Shown piece after piece: positions 39,153 through 47,884 of a DNA stretch of 51,936 nucleotides. This DNA is from a bacterium (lineage in GTDB: Bacteria; Patescibacteriota; Microgenomatia; UBA1400; UBA12108). Position 1 is the first letter of the stretch; each line of letters begins with the position of its first letter. Position numbers and translations under genes: made by a program. Location: positions 1 to 51,936 of the forward strand of contig JBDRPO010000010.1 in assembly GCA_043827085.1 (NCBI GenBank), read 5' to 3'. The notes beneath the pieces were generated by a model. The model ran no database searches. It worked only from the letters and a program-made list of their open reading frames with translations, and was not told the DNA's origin.

Positions 39153-39226
39153 TGGGCCGACCAGGATTCGAGCCTGGGACATCGAAGGTATAAGCTTCGC
39201 GCTCTAACCAGCTGAGCTATCGGCCC
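39153..39226 (-). tRNA. tRNA-Ile(UAU)
   Basis: GGGCCGA/TCGGCCC acceptor stem, CGAAG-CTTATAC-CTTCG anticodon arm, T-loop CTCGAAT, A73, no encoded CCA. Confidence 0.9.
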
Positions 39227-39269
39227 CCATTCCAGATTAGATTTTAACACAGTGTGGTAGAATCGGGAT

Positions 39270-39452
39270 ATGAGCCAAGTCACAAGTCAAATAGAACCTT
39301 TGTTGATGGAACAAGGAGACAAAGCCTTTTGGGAAGAGTTCAACCAGATAGAGAAGCCAGCAGACAGATATATCGTAATTGACAGTAAAAATCAGCAGAT
39401 TGTAGCGCAAAACGTGAAGCTAATTACGGAGAAAAAGAAGGTGCGGGTTTAA
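39270..39452 (+). CDS. Small hypothetical protein
   Basis: 60-aa ORF with TAGAAT 6 nt upstream. Confidence 0.55.
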   Translation: MSQVTSQIEPLLMEQGDKAFWEEFNQIEKPADRYIVIDSKNQQIVAQNVKLITEKKKVRV

Positions 39453-39454
39453 AT

Positions 39455-39473
39455 CCCTTCGGCGAGCTCAGGG
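39455..39473. repeat. REP-like hairpin CCCTTCGGCGAGCTCAGGG
   Basis: Related copies at 10889, 41598 and 41708. Confidence 0.7.
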
Positions 39474-40331
39474 TTATAACTCTGCGATTTTGAGTTTTTT
39501 GGGCTCGGTTTTGGTGCCATTTAAGAAGGCGAGGTATTTTTCGGTAGTGGAGAGGCGTTTGTGGCCGACCATGTGAGAGAGTTCGACGATGGGGACACCA
39601 GCCTTGAGTTGTTCGACGACAAAGGTGTGGCGGAGGTCGTTGACTTTAGCGCCTTCGATGCCGGCGATGCGGAAGTAGCGGTTGACGGAGGTTCTGATGT
39701 TCCTAATTAAGAATGGGTTGCCAGTTTTGGTGATGAAAAGAGTAGTGTTTTTGGTTTTGGGGCGCTCTTTGACATATTTCTCGATAGCGGTTTTGGCAGT
39801 CTCATTTAGGGGAACTTTGCGGGCGTCATGACTTTCGTAGGCGCGGATTTTGAGGTGGGATTTCTCGAGCGAGATGTCTTGGAGTTGCAGTCCTGCGAGC
39901 TCACCGATCCGGAGACCAGTTTGCAGGAGAAGTTCGACGATCCCGTACATGCGGATGTCATCTTTGACTGAGTCGCGCAGAGCCCGATACTCGAGAGGGG
40001 AGAGAATTCTGGCTGGAGCAATTTCGTATTTAGGGTGAGAAACAGAGCTGGCTGGGCTCACGGTCATCGCGCCTTCGGTGATCAAGTATTTAAAGAAGGA
40101 TTTGATGCTATTGAGTTTGCGACTGATACTCTTGAGAGTGTATTTGTTGTCTTTGAGGCTTTGCTTAAATTGTTCCAGGTGATCGGTCGTGACATCTCCT
40201 GCTTCGACAATGTTCATTTTACTTAAGAAATCGAGGAGTTGGTCGAGATCTTTGGCGTAGGCTAAAATGGTAGCAGAAGCTCGCCCATTTTTTTGGAGGT
40301 ATTTGATAAACTGAGCTTTTTGAGTTTGCAT
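39474..40331 (-). CDS. XerC/XerD-like tyrosine recombinase
   Basis: TILAY SAM-like N-domain, TGLRIGE, DLRHTF, VGH..LSTTEKY. Confidence 0.9.
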   Translation of the reverse strand: MQTQKAQFIKYLQKNGRASATILAYAKDLDQLLDFLSKMNIVEAGDVTTDHLEQFKQSLKDNKYTLKSISRKLNSIKSFFKYLITEGAMTVSPASSVSHPKYEIAPARILSPLEYRALRDSVKDDIRMYGIVELLLQTGLRIGELAGLQLQDISLEKSHLKIRAYESHDARKVPLNETAKTAIEKYVKERPKTKNTTLFITKTGNPFLIRNIRTSVNRYFRIAGIEGAKVNDLRHTFVVEQLKAGVPIVELSHMVGHKRLSTTEKYLAFLNGTKTEPKKLKIAEL

Positions 40332-40383
40332 AGTGTAAATAATACTATATTATGGGTTATAAAGCAATCCCTCGGGATGATAT

Positions 40384-40740
40384 ATGAAAAAAATTGTTTT
40401 ATACGGAATTATTATATTTCAGCTACTACTGATAATGTCTCTGGTGAGAGGAATTCAACTTTCAAGAAAATCAGACCAGCGAATTGAAAGTTTGAAAGAA
40501 TCTAAGGAGAGATTGCTAGCCGAGCAAGAGAAACTCAACCGGGAGAAAGGATATGTACAGAGTCCGTATTATCTGGAGAAAGTGGCTAGAGATGAGCTCC
40601 ACCTATCAAAACCAGGGGAGAGTGTGGTGATAGTGCCAGATAGTCAGTGGGAGGCTAAATTTGATGATCGACAGATGGAGAAAGAGCCTGAAGAGCCTAA
40701 TTGGAGGAAGTGGTGGGGGGTTTTGTCTGGAAATTTGTGA
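40384..40740 (+). CDS. Septum formation initiator, FtsB/DivIC family
   Basis: TM helix, coiled coil, EKVARDELHLSKPGE. Confidence 0.85.
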   Translation: MKKIVLYGIIIFQLLLIMSLVRGIQLSRKSDQRIESLKESKERLLAEQEKLNREKGYVQSPYYLEKVARDELHLSKPGESVVIVPDSQWEAKFDDRQMEKEPEEPNWRKWWGVLSGNL

Positions 40741-40797
40741 ACTTGGCACAATAAAATTCACTTTTCCAGACTGTTGGGAATGATAGAATATAGGAGG

Positions 40798-40879
40798 GGA
40801 GAGTGGGCAGGACGGTAATGCGCGAGTCTTGAAAACTCGTGTCCGTAAGGACTAACAGGTTCGACCCCTGTACTCTCCG
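40798..40879 (+). tRNA. tRNA-Ser(UGA)
   Basis: GGAGAGT/ACTCTCC stem, CGAGT-CTTGAAA-ACTCG, long variable arm, G73. Confidence 0.92.
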
Positions 40880-40951
40880 CACATCAACTCCGCCAAGGTG
40901 GGGCTGGGAAGTGTGTCCAGATACACAGTAATCTGGGATGTCACGCAAATT

Positions 40952-41470
40952 ATGAAACAAACAACTTTAGAAGAAATTTCAGCTGGGGGAGTAGTTTTTC
41001 GCAGAAGGCGAAAAACAGATGATAGAAGACAAAAGTTAGATTCTAGTGAGGTGGAATTTTTGATTGGAAAACACTCAGGATATCATAAGTGGGTGCTTCC
41101 CAAGGGGCTCGTGGAGGTCGGAGAATCGAGCCTAGAGGCGGCTATCCGGGAAGTGGCGGAAGAGGTGGGGGTAGAGGCAAAAAGAGTAGGATCAGACCCA
41201 ATTGAAACCATAGAATATTGGTACTATGCAGACCTTGACACAAGCGGGAAGACAACTAGGAGGGTAGTAAAGTATGCTGAAAGTGGTGGAACTAAGACTA
41301 GAATGCACAAACAAGTAGTGTTTTATCTGATGGAAATGGAAAAAGATTTGGGAAAAGAGGGGTGGGAGATGGAGGAGAGGAGATGGGTGAGCTTTTTGGA
41401 GGGGATGAAACTCTTGGCGTTTGAGACTGAGCGGGAAGTTTTTGTGAAAGCAGACAAACAATTATTGTAG
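40952..41470 (+). CDS. NUDIX hydrolase
   Basis: SAGGVV, WVLPKG, Nudix box GLVEVGESSLEAAIREVAEEVG. Confidence 0.9.
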   Translation: MKQTTLEEISAGGVVFRRRRKTDDRRQKLDSSEVEFLIGKHSGYHKWVLPKGLVEVGESSLEAAIREVAEEVGVEAKRVGSDPIETIEYWYYADLDTSGKTTRRVVKYAESGGTKTRMHKQVVFYLMEMEKDLGKEGWEMEERRWVSFLEGMKLLAFETEREVFVKADKQLL

Positions 41471-41526
41471 ATTTGAGGTATCCCAGATTACTATGTATCT
41501 CATGTTTTTACAAAACTTGAGGTATG

Positions 41527-41598
41527 TGCCTCTGACCAGAATCGAACTGGTATTGTCGGTTCCGGAAACCGATGTCCTATCCGTTGAACGACAGAGAC
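41527..41598 (-). tRNA. tRNA-Arg(CCG)
   Basis: GTCTCTG/CAGAGGC stem, TCGGT-TTCCGGA-ACCGA, TTCGATT. Confidence 0.9.
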
Positions 41599-41634
41599 CC
41601 TTCGGCTTTGCTCAGGGCAAGCTTGGTAATTGTG

Positions 41635-41708
41635 TGCGCCCAGGAAGATTTGAACTTCCAACCGTCAGATCCGCAATCTGATGCACTATCCAGTTATGCT
41701 ATGGGCGC
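41635..41708 (-). tRNA. tRNA-Arg(GCG)
   Basis: GCGCCCA/TGGGCGC stem, TCAGA-TTGCGGA-TCTGA, TTCAAAT. Confidence 0.9.
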
Positions 41709-41757
41709 CCTTCGGCGAGCTGGGCAAGCAACAAGAGTATTATACCTCAAGATTGAT

Positions 41758-42303
41758 TTAGTTGGTTTCGAGGGGGATTTTGTTGCCGAGCCAGCGACTA
41801 GCCTTGTCAACAAAGGAGTCGGCGGGTTTGACGAGGGGGATCTTGTCACCAATAGATTTGATGATTTCTTCGCGTTTAGCAGGATCTAAAACTAAGAGGA
41901 TTACGCCTGGGATGGCGGTCACAGTTTTGCAAATGATTACCTCTTGATCCCATTGTTTTTTGAGCCAGAAATTGGTGAGTTTGGACCACTCGTACAATTT
42001 ATTGTCAGTTCGCACACCACTCGTTGTAATTTTATGTTTGGCATCCTCGGGTTTGTAGGTGGCGAGAACGTAAGAGAGGAATGCAAACGCCATAATGACA
42101 CCGATAAGCAAGAATTCTTTGAGGAGGAGGAGGATGACGCCAAGGAGGAATGCAATACTGAGGATGGTGGTGTAGAACTCGCGGGAGCGGAGTTTGTAAG
42201 GACGGGAGGGAGCGGTCCATTCAAGGAGGACTTTCTCGACTTTGACATTTTCGGGGATTTCTCCGGTTTCTGATTGGTAGATGGGAGTGGGTTTGATTGC
42301 CAT
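41758..42303 (-). CDS. Hypothetical membrane protein (2 TM)
   Basis: LLEWTAPSRP, two TM helices, soluble C-domain; TACAAT 7 nt before the ATG. Confidence 0.75.
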   Translation of the reverse strand: MAIKPTPIYQSETGEIPENVKVEKVLLEWTAPSRPYKLRSREFYTTILSIAFLLGVILLLLKEFLLIGVIMAFAFLSYVLATYKPEDAKHKITTSGVRTDNKLYEWSKLTNFWLKKQWDQEVIICKTVTAIPGVILLVLDPAKREEIIKSIGDKIPLVKPADSFVDKASRWLGNKIPLETN

Positions 42304-42323
42304 GCCTTTCATTGTAGCAAATA

Positions 42324-42650
42324 TTAGCGAGGAAGAGAGTCGTAGATGGCAATGCCTATGGTGCCGGCGAGACCCCACAGGAAAGGTAGCCAGATAGGAA
42401 AGTTGAGGATTTGGGTGGAGGCAAAGACCAGGCTCCACTATACATAATGAGGCTTTCGGCGGTTGCTCCGAGAATGCCAATAATAATAAACATGAGGAGT
42501 TCATGGTGAATGGGGATGAGATGATGTTTGAGGAGAGTCGTAATGACCAGAGTGATAATGAGAAAAAGGGGAGTTTTCCATAAGGTAGTGACGAGGACGA
42601 TGGCGATGATGAATGATCAGGGTGATGACGAGAAATTTGTGTTTAGGCAT
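42324..42650 (-). pseudogene. Small membrane protein gene with two apparent frameshifts (not in the ORF track)
   Basis: MPKHKFLVITL / FIIAIVLVTTLW...GATAESLIMYSGAWS / STQILNFPIWLPFLWGLAG...PR* read in successive frames. Confidence 0.55.
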
Positions 42651-42729
42651 AGTTTATCTCATTTGCGCGGCATCCCAGACTGCTTACGCGTCTGGATGCA
42701 CTTCTCGGGTTCCTTTGGAACTCGAAGTG

Positions 42730-42811
42730 CGGAGGATACAGGGGTCGAACCTGTTAGGGATTGCTCCCACGAGTTTTCGAAACTCGCGCATTACCGTCCT
42801 GCCCACCCTCC
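42730..42811 (-). tRNA. tRNA-Ser(CGA)
   Basis: GGAGGGT/ATCCTCC stem, CGAGT-TTCGAAA-ACTCG, long variable arm, G73. Confidence 0.92.
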
Positions 42812-42832
42812 AACTGGGAATATTTTACCAGA

Positions 42833-43303
42833 TTAATAGCCGGAGGGAGGTTTGGTTTTGGAGCCAAGCAGGTTGAGGGGATGTTTGGCTAAATACTCTT
42901 GAATCGCTTGGATTTCTTTGAGGAGGGTGGGGAGATCACCACCACGTTCGAGTACGAGCTTTTGACAGTATTCTTCAGTCTTAGCAAAGTCATTTTTGAA
43001 GCTTTGATTGATATCTTTCCATTTGATGTCTTTGAGAAGTTCGGCAAGGCGAGGAGAGTAGGGGATGATCTTAGTTTTGAGGAGGAAGGCGATTGCCGGG
43101 TAGCCAACGTAGCCTTGCCAGTAACTCCCGTTGTCATTACACATGATGGCGTTTTGTTCTGGATCGTAAGTAACCGTATAAAATTTGTTGCCACTTGAAG
43201 AGTAGACTTTGGCGGTATTGCCGTCGACTTGGATTCGATTATCAGCAATGCAGCCTAGGGTTTCATAGATTTTAATGAGAGGTGGTATTTTCCAGAGTGT
43301 CAT
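42833..43303 (-). CDS. Hypothetical protein
   Basis: 156-aa ORF with YSSSGNKFYTV and NDNGSYWQGYVGYP; coupled to the PIN gene. Confidence 0.75.
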   Translation of the reverse strand: MTLWKIPPLIKIYETLGCIADNRIQVDGNTAKVYSSSGNKFYTVTYDPEQNAIMCNDNGSYWQGYVGYPAIAFLLKTKIIPYSPRLAELLKDIKWKDINQSFKNDFAKTEEYCQKLVLERGGDLPTLLKEIQAIQEYLAKHPLNLLGSKTKPPSGY

Positions 43304-43707
43304 AGCTCAAGTATAGCTAAAAATTCTGAAACAGAGACAATTTTTGTATTACGAAATTGCTTCAAGGGGAGAATGTGTTTAGTATCACCCGTGACGAGGT
43401 AATTTGCCTTGCACTCTAAACAACATTCGAGAATTTTGTTGTCAGTAGGATCAGATTTAACAACATTCAAATGTTTGTGAGGAAAGACAATCTCAGTTGT
43501 AAGGTCAACCATGAGGAGAGAATCTTTGATTTGTGCTGGAGAGTGATGGAATTTGCGGGTAAGGGTAGAGGTAAGTTCTGCTTTAATTTCTGGAGATATA
43601 TAGAGTAAGAACGCTTTATGATGGGCGAGTCTGATAAGTTTTTCTGGATTCGCATCAAATCCTATGGCTGAAATGTAAATGTTGGTGTCAAAAACAGCCG
43701 TGATCAC
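43300..43707 (-). CDS. PIN-domain toxin
   Basis: VFDTNIYIS, E, DPTDNKILEC, LVTGD. Confidence 0.88.
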   Translation of the reverse strand: MITAVFDTNIYISAIGFDANPEKLIRLAHHKAFLLYISPEIKAELTSTLTRKFHHSPAQIKDSLLMVDLTTEIVFPHKHLNVVKSDPTDNKILECCLECKANYLVTGDTKHILPLKQFRNTKIVSVSEFLAILEL

Positions 43708-43710
43708 TAT

Positions 43711-43953
43711 TTACCTTTTCCCTTTTCTGACCTCGTGAATGAGACGATCAACGTCATTTTCGGTAATACCTAGTTTTTTGGCTTGTTTTTGACCGTCACT
43801 AAAAACTTTATCAAAAAGCTCTTCTTCCTTAATGAATTTTTTCATTGCTTCGCGGTAAAAATCACTACGATTTTTGGAGTATCTTTTAATACGCGTATCA
43901 AAAGTTTTGAGAAGGGGTAGAGGAGAAGTGAAAGTTACGAGTTGAGTTTGCAT
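43711..43953 (-). CDS. Ribbon-helix-helix (CopG-like) antitoxin
   Basis: VTFTSP..LL..FD...NRSDFYREAM; directly upstream of the PIN gene. Confidence 0.75.
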   Translation of the reverse strand: MQTQLVTFTSPLPLLKTFDTRIKRYSKNRSDFYREAMKKFIKEEELFDKVFSDGQKQAKKLGITENDVDRLIHEVRKGKR

Positions 43954-44011
43954 ATATACGTTTTATATATCTGTTAAAATGTTTTGTCAAGTGGTACAAT
44001 TCTCGTGTCTG

Positions 44012-44098
44012 GGAGGAGTCGGATAGTGGACCATTCCGAACGCTTGGAAAGCGTTTGTGCGCAAGCACGCGTGGGTTCGAATCCCACCTCCTCCGCCA
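44012..44098 (+). tRNA. tRNA-Ser(GGA)
   Basis: GGAGGAG/CTCCTCC stem, AACGC-TTGGAAA-GCGTT, long variable arm, encoded GCCA. Confidence 0.93.
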
Positions 44099-44117
44099 AA
44101 AAAGGTAGAATACATTT

Positions 44118-44741
44118 ATGCAGTCAATTTTTGAAACGGATGATTGGGGGAGGGGGTACGAGAATATCGTATTTCCAGGGAAGGCAGAGGACGAGAAAAT
44201 CCTTTATGTGACGCGCGAGGCACCAATGATGCTCATGGTACGACTCACTGTATTTAGCTTGGTGGTTGCGATCGCGATACTGGTTGGATCATTACTTATT
44301 GCTAACACGGGGAAGATGCTGGAGTTCTCTTATGGAGGGATTGTCGTGCTTCTCCTAATTCTTGGGGCAGTTGTGATGTTTTTGGGAATATGCTGGGTTT
44401 GGAAGGTGCATATGAAAACCATGTTTATCATCACCACGCGCCGACTCACAAAGTTTATTCACACGACCCCGTGGACGAGGTACCAGATGTCACTGGGGCT
44501 CGACAAAGTTGTAGATTCGGCGGCATATTCTAAGGGGTATCTCCAAGCCATGTTTGGGCTCGGGACGTTTGTGGCGCGCTCCTCGGCTGGGAACATCAAA
44601 AACTTTAAGATTGAGAATATTCACTTTGCGGAGGATTTGCACAACTGGATGAATAAACTCATGTTTGTGTTTGGTAAAGAAACGGAAAAACTCGATGAAT
44701 TTCGACCGTTTGTGGCGAAGGGGATGGGGAAGCGAGACTAG
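44118..44741 (+). CDS. Membrane protein with a probable bacterial PH-like domain
   Basis: Two TM helices followed by FIITTRRL...MFGLGT. Confidence 0.7.
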   Translation: MQSIFETDDWGRGYENIVFPGKAEDEKILYVTREAPMMLMVRLTVFSLVVAIAILVGSLLIANTGKMLEFSYGGIVVLLLILGAVVMFLGICWVWKVHMKTMFIITTRRLTKFIHTTPWTRYQMSLGLDKVVDSAAYSKGYLQAMFGLGTFVARSSAGNIKNFKIENIHFAEDLHNWMNKLMFVFGKETEKLDEFRPFVAKGMGKRD

Positions 44742-44763
44742 CGTAGTCTGGTAGAATGGGCAT

Positions 44764-46512
44764 ATGAATGATCAGGTAGAGCAGGTCAAGAGCAAGGTAG
44801 ATATTGTAGACATCATCGGGGAGAAAGTGGTTTTGAAAAAGGCTGGGCGTCACTTTAAGGGACTATGCCCTTTCCACTCAGAGAAGACGCCCAGTTTTAT
44901 TGTTAGTCCCGAACGGCAGAGCTTTAAATGCTTTGGATGTTCTGAGGGGGGCGACGTCATTAGTTTCTTGGAGAAGTATGACGGGATGAGTTTTCTTGAG
45001 GCTCTCGAGATGCTTGCCAAGCGAGTGGGGATCACCCTCGAATCATACCGTCCGAGTTCGCAGGACAGTTACCGTAAGCGACTACTCGAGATAATGTCAC
45101 TCTCTTCGGAGTATTACCACTTTCTCCTAACAAAGCACAAGAGTGGGGAGGAGGCGAGAGCGTACCTGAAGTCGCGGGGGATTGGAAATGAGGCAATTAC
45201 CCAGTTTAATCTCGGCTATGCGCCCAATCAGTGGAGGAGTGTGTCGGATTTCTTGATCAGTAAGAAGAAGTACTCTCCAGAGGAAGTAGAGGCTGTGGGA
45301 CTTATCATCCGGAAAGATGCGAATAGCTATTATGATCGTTTCCGAGGGAGGGTAGTGTTTCCTCTCAAGGACCATAAAGGAGTAGTGGTTGGATTTTCGG
45401 GACGAACCCTCCTAATAGATGAAAAAGAAGCGAAGTATATTAATTCACCTGAAACAATGATTTACAGCAAAAGTAAGATGCTATACGGCTTGTGGGAAAA
45501 CAGAGAGTATATCCGGAAAGAACAGACAATTGTGCTTGTCGAGGGCGAATTAGACGTTATCCCATCGTGGCAAGCGGGAGTCAAAAATGTAGCAGCCATA
45601 AAAGGGAGTGCGTTTACCACGGAGCAGGCTCAACTAATTTCGCGCTACAGCCGGAATGTGATGATGTCTTTGGACGCAGATAGTGCAGGACAAGAAGCGA
45701 TAAAAAGAGCGGTGAATATAGCTGAACAATTAGATTTGAGTATAAGAGTTGTACAAATCGTGGGAGGAAAAGATCCGGGGGATGTCGCAACTCAAAACCC
45801 GCGTGCGTGGAGGGAGACGGTGGGGAAGTCGGTACTATACTGGGACTTTTTGATTGATAGTGCCCTCACCCAACACGATCCCAAAACGGGGACAGGAGCC
45901 AAGGCAATTTCGACTGAGGTAGTGCCAGCCTTGGCCTTGGTAGCTAACATGGTGGTACGTGCACACTATGTGGGCGAGCTGGCGAGGAGATTGGGTGTAC
46001 CGGAGGACAGTATTTATGGTGAGATAGAGCGGGCAAAGAAGAAAAAAGAATTGAATATCCTGAAGCAGACGGTAGCCAAAATCGAGAAGGGACAGGTAAG
46101 TAGGAGAGAAGAGGTAGAAGAGTATCTTTTGGCTCTAACTTTGCAGTATTTTTCACAAGTGAAGGAATTGCTGCCAAAGCTGGACTTGGCAACGATTGGG
46201 ACTTTGGCGATCACCAAGATATTGAGTCAGGTTAGTAAATGGGAGAGTAAAAAGGAATTTAAGATCCAGGAGCTCGCGAAGGATTTAACTCCAGAGCTTC
46301 AACCCCTGCTGGATCAGACTTACCTGCGGGATCTGAGCCACGTGGTCGACGCGGAGAAGGAGTGGAAAAAGGCTAGGCAAGAAATCCACGATTTACATGT
46401 GCGGGCGGAGCTCAAGAAATTGGCTGGGGAGATTGCCGTGGCGGAGAAGGAGGGAGGAGTGATTGAGGAACTGCAAACAAGATTTGTCAACTTGTCGCGG
46501 AGCTTGTCCTAG
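44764..46512 (+). CDS. dnaG: DNA primase
   Basis: [44 protein letters not shown]. Confidence 0.97.
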   Translation: MNDQVEQVKSKVDIVDIIGEKVVLKKAGRHFKGLCPFHSEKTPSFIVSPERQSFKCFGCSEGGDVISFLEKYDGMSFLEALEMLAKRVGITLESYRPSSQDSYRKRLLEIMSLSSEYYHFLLTKHKSGEEARAYLKSRGIGNEAITQFNLGYAPNQWRSVSDFLISKKKYSPEEVEAVGLIIRKDANSYYDRFRGRVVFPLKDHKGVVVGFSGRTLLIDEKEAKYINSPETMIYSKSKMLYGLWENREYIRKEQTIVLVEGELDVIPSWQAGVKNVAAIKGSAFTTEQAQLISRYSRNVMMSLDADSAGQEAIKRAVNIAEQLDLSIRVVQIVGGKDPGDVATQNPRAWRETVGKSVLYWDFLIDSALTQHDPKTGTGAKAISTEVVPALALVANMVVRAHYVGELARRLGVPEDSIYGEIERAKKKKELNILKQTVAKIEKGQVSRREEVEEYLLALTLQYFSQVKELLPKLDLATIGTLAITKILSQVSKWESKKEFKIQELAKDLTPELQPLLDQTYLRDLSHVVDAEKEWKKARQEIHDLHVRAELKKLAGEIAVAEKEGGVIEELQTRFVNLSRSLS

Positions 46513-46547
46513 GGAGTACTACCAGATTTGTCTGGTATAATACAGCC

Positions 46548-47723
46548 ATGTCAGCCAAGAAGAAGACCGTAAAGCCAGTGCTAAAAAAAGTGAAGCCGGT
46601 TGTGGTGACTAAACAGCAGCCAGTTGTGGGGGAGATGAGTGACGGGCGGAAGAAGAAGGTTCGAGAGCTGATACTACATGGGCTTTCGCGGGGATACGTG
46701 ACTCAAGACGAGATCATGGACTTGTTTCCGGATGCGGAAGAACACGTACAGATGCTTGATGACCTTTATGAAGAGCTACTGTTAAAGGAAATTGATTTAT
46801 TTGAGAGTGTTGCGGACGGCGGGGAAGAAAAGGCGGAGCATGAGACAACGGACTTGGAGAAAGAACTAGAGGTATTGTCATCCTTGGACTCACGGGCGAT
46901 ATCTGATCCTGTACGGATGTATCTGCGAGAAATAGGACGAATCCCACTTTTAACCCGCGATCAGGAGATTGATTTGGCACAAAAGACGGAGGCAGGAAAT
47001 GCAAGAGCCAAGGAAAAGCTAACCTCGTCGAACTTACGGCTTGTGGTGTCGATCGCTAAGAAGTACATAGGGCGTGGGATGAGTTTTCTAGACCTCATTC
47101 AAGAGGGGAATAAGGGACTCATTCGAGCGGTCGAGAAATACAACTGGAAGAAGGGATTTAAGTTCTCGACCTACGCCACGTGGTGGATTCGCCAGGCTAT
47201 AACTCGTGCTATTGCGGACCAAGCGAGGACGATCCGGATCCCCGTGCACATGGTCGAGACCATCAATAAACTGATTCGTATTTCCAGGAAGCTTATGCAG
47301 ACCTTGGGGCGGGAACCGTCGCCGGAGGAAGTGGCAGAGGTGATGGAGATCACGCCTGACAAGGTGCGCGAGATCCTGAAGATTTCGCAGAAAACTACCT
47401 CGCTCGAGACGCCGATTGGGGAAGATGAGGACAGCTACTTAGGGGACTTTATTGAAGACACTAAACAGGCGACGCCGTATGAGCTGACGACCCAGCGACT
47501 CCTGCGCGAGAATATTGAAGAAGTGTTGTCTGGATTGTCTGACCGAGAAAGCAAAGTTTTGGAAATGCGATTTGGGCTGCGCGGAGCTAAGCCCATGACT
47601 CTTGAGGAAGTCGGACGCGAGTTTGGAGTGACGCGAGAGCGGATCCGTCAGATTGAGGCCAAGGCGCTGAGGAAACTGAAGCACCCGAGTAAGCGTAGGA
47701 TGCTGCAGGATTATCTTGACTAA
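46548..47723 (+). CDS. rpoD: Primary sigma factor RpoD
   Basis: [45 protein letters not shown]. Confidence 0.97.
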   Translation: MSAKKKTVKPVLKKVKPVVVTKQQPVVGEMSDGRKKKVRELILHGLSRGYVTQDEIMDLFPDAEEHVQMLDDLYEELLLKEIDLFESVADGGEEKAEHETTDLEKELEVLSSLDSRAISDPVRMYLREIGRIPLLTRDQEIDLAQKTEAGNARAKEKLTSSNLRLVVSIAKKYIGRGMSFLDLIQEGNKGLIRAVEKYNWKKGFKFSTYATWWIRQAITRAIADQARTIRIPVHMVETINKLIRISRKLMQTLGREPSPEEVAEVMEITPDKVREILKISQKTTSLETPIGEDEDSYLGDFIEDTKQATPYELTTQRLLRENIEEVLSGLSDRESKVLEMRFGLRGAKPMTLEEVGREFGVTRERIRQIEAKALRKLKHPSKRRMLQDYLD

Positions 47724-47745
47724 AGGGTTCTTTTCAAAAACTGTC

Positions 47746-47811
47746 GGACGAAAATTTATGACCTCCGGTACATGCTGCTTTCGCGCCTGTAATGTCGGCA
47801 AAATTTCATCC
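47746..47811. repeat. Dispersed structured repeat, copy 2, within a larger hairpin at about 47724-47878
   Basis: Closely similar to 14683-14745; outer TTCAAAAA...TTTTTGAA stem. Confidence 0.8.
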
Positions 47812-47884
47812 GCCAATTTTTCTCTAAGGTTTTTTGCGAATTGTTGAAATACTCCTGCACTTTTTGAAGAAATACTTTCTAGTT

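Noticed and set aside
39474-40331. Tyrosine recombinase as a prophage or island integrase
   Set aside because: It is Xer-sized, lacks an arm-binding domain, neighbours a housekeeping ftsB-like gene, and no att duplication or phage genes were seen.
40798-42811. Inverted tRNA-Ser(UGA)/(CGA) pair as an invertible segment driven by the nearby Xer-like recombinase
   Set aside because: The similarity is explained by isoacceptor paralogy; no dif-like site or evidence of inversion is visible.
41493-44211. Short ORFs 41493-41681, 41572-41889, 42613-42876 and 43984-44211
   Set aside because: They overlap tRNA genes and are translations of tRNA sequence.
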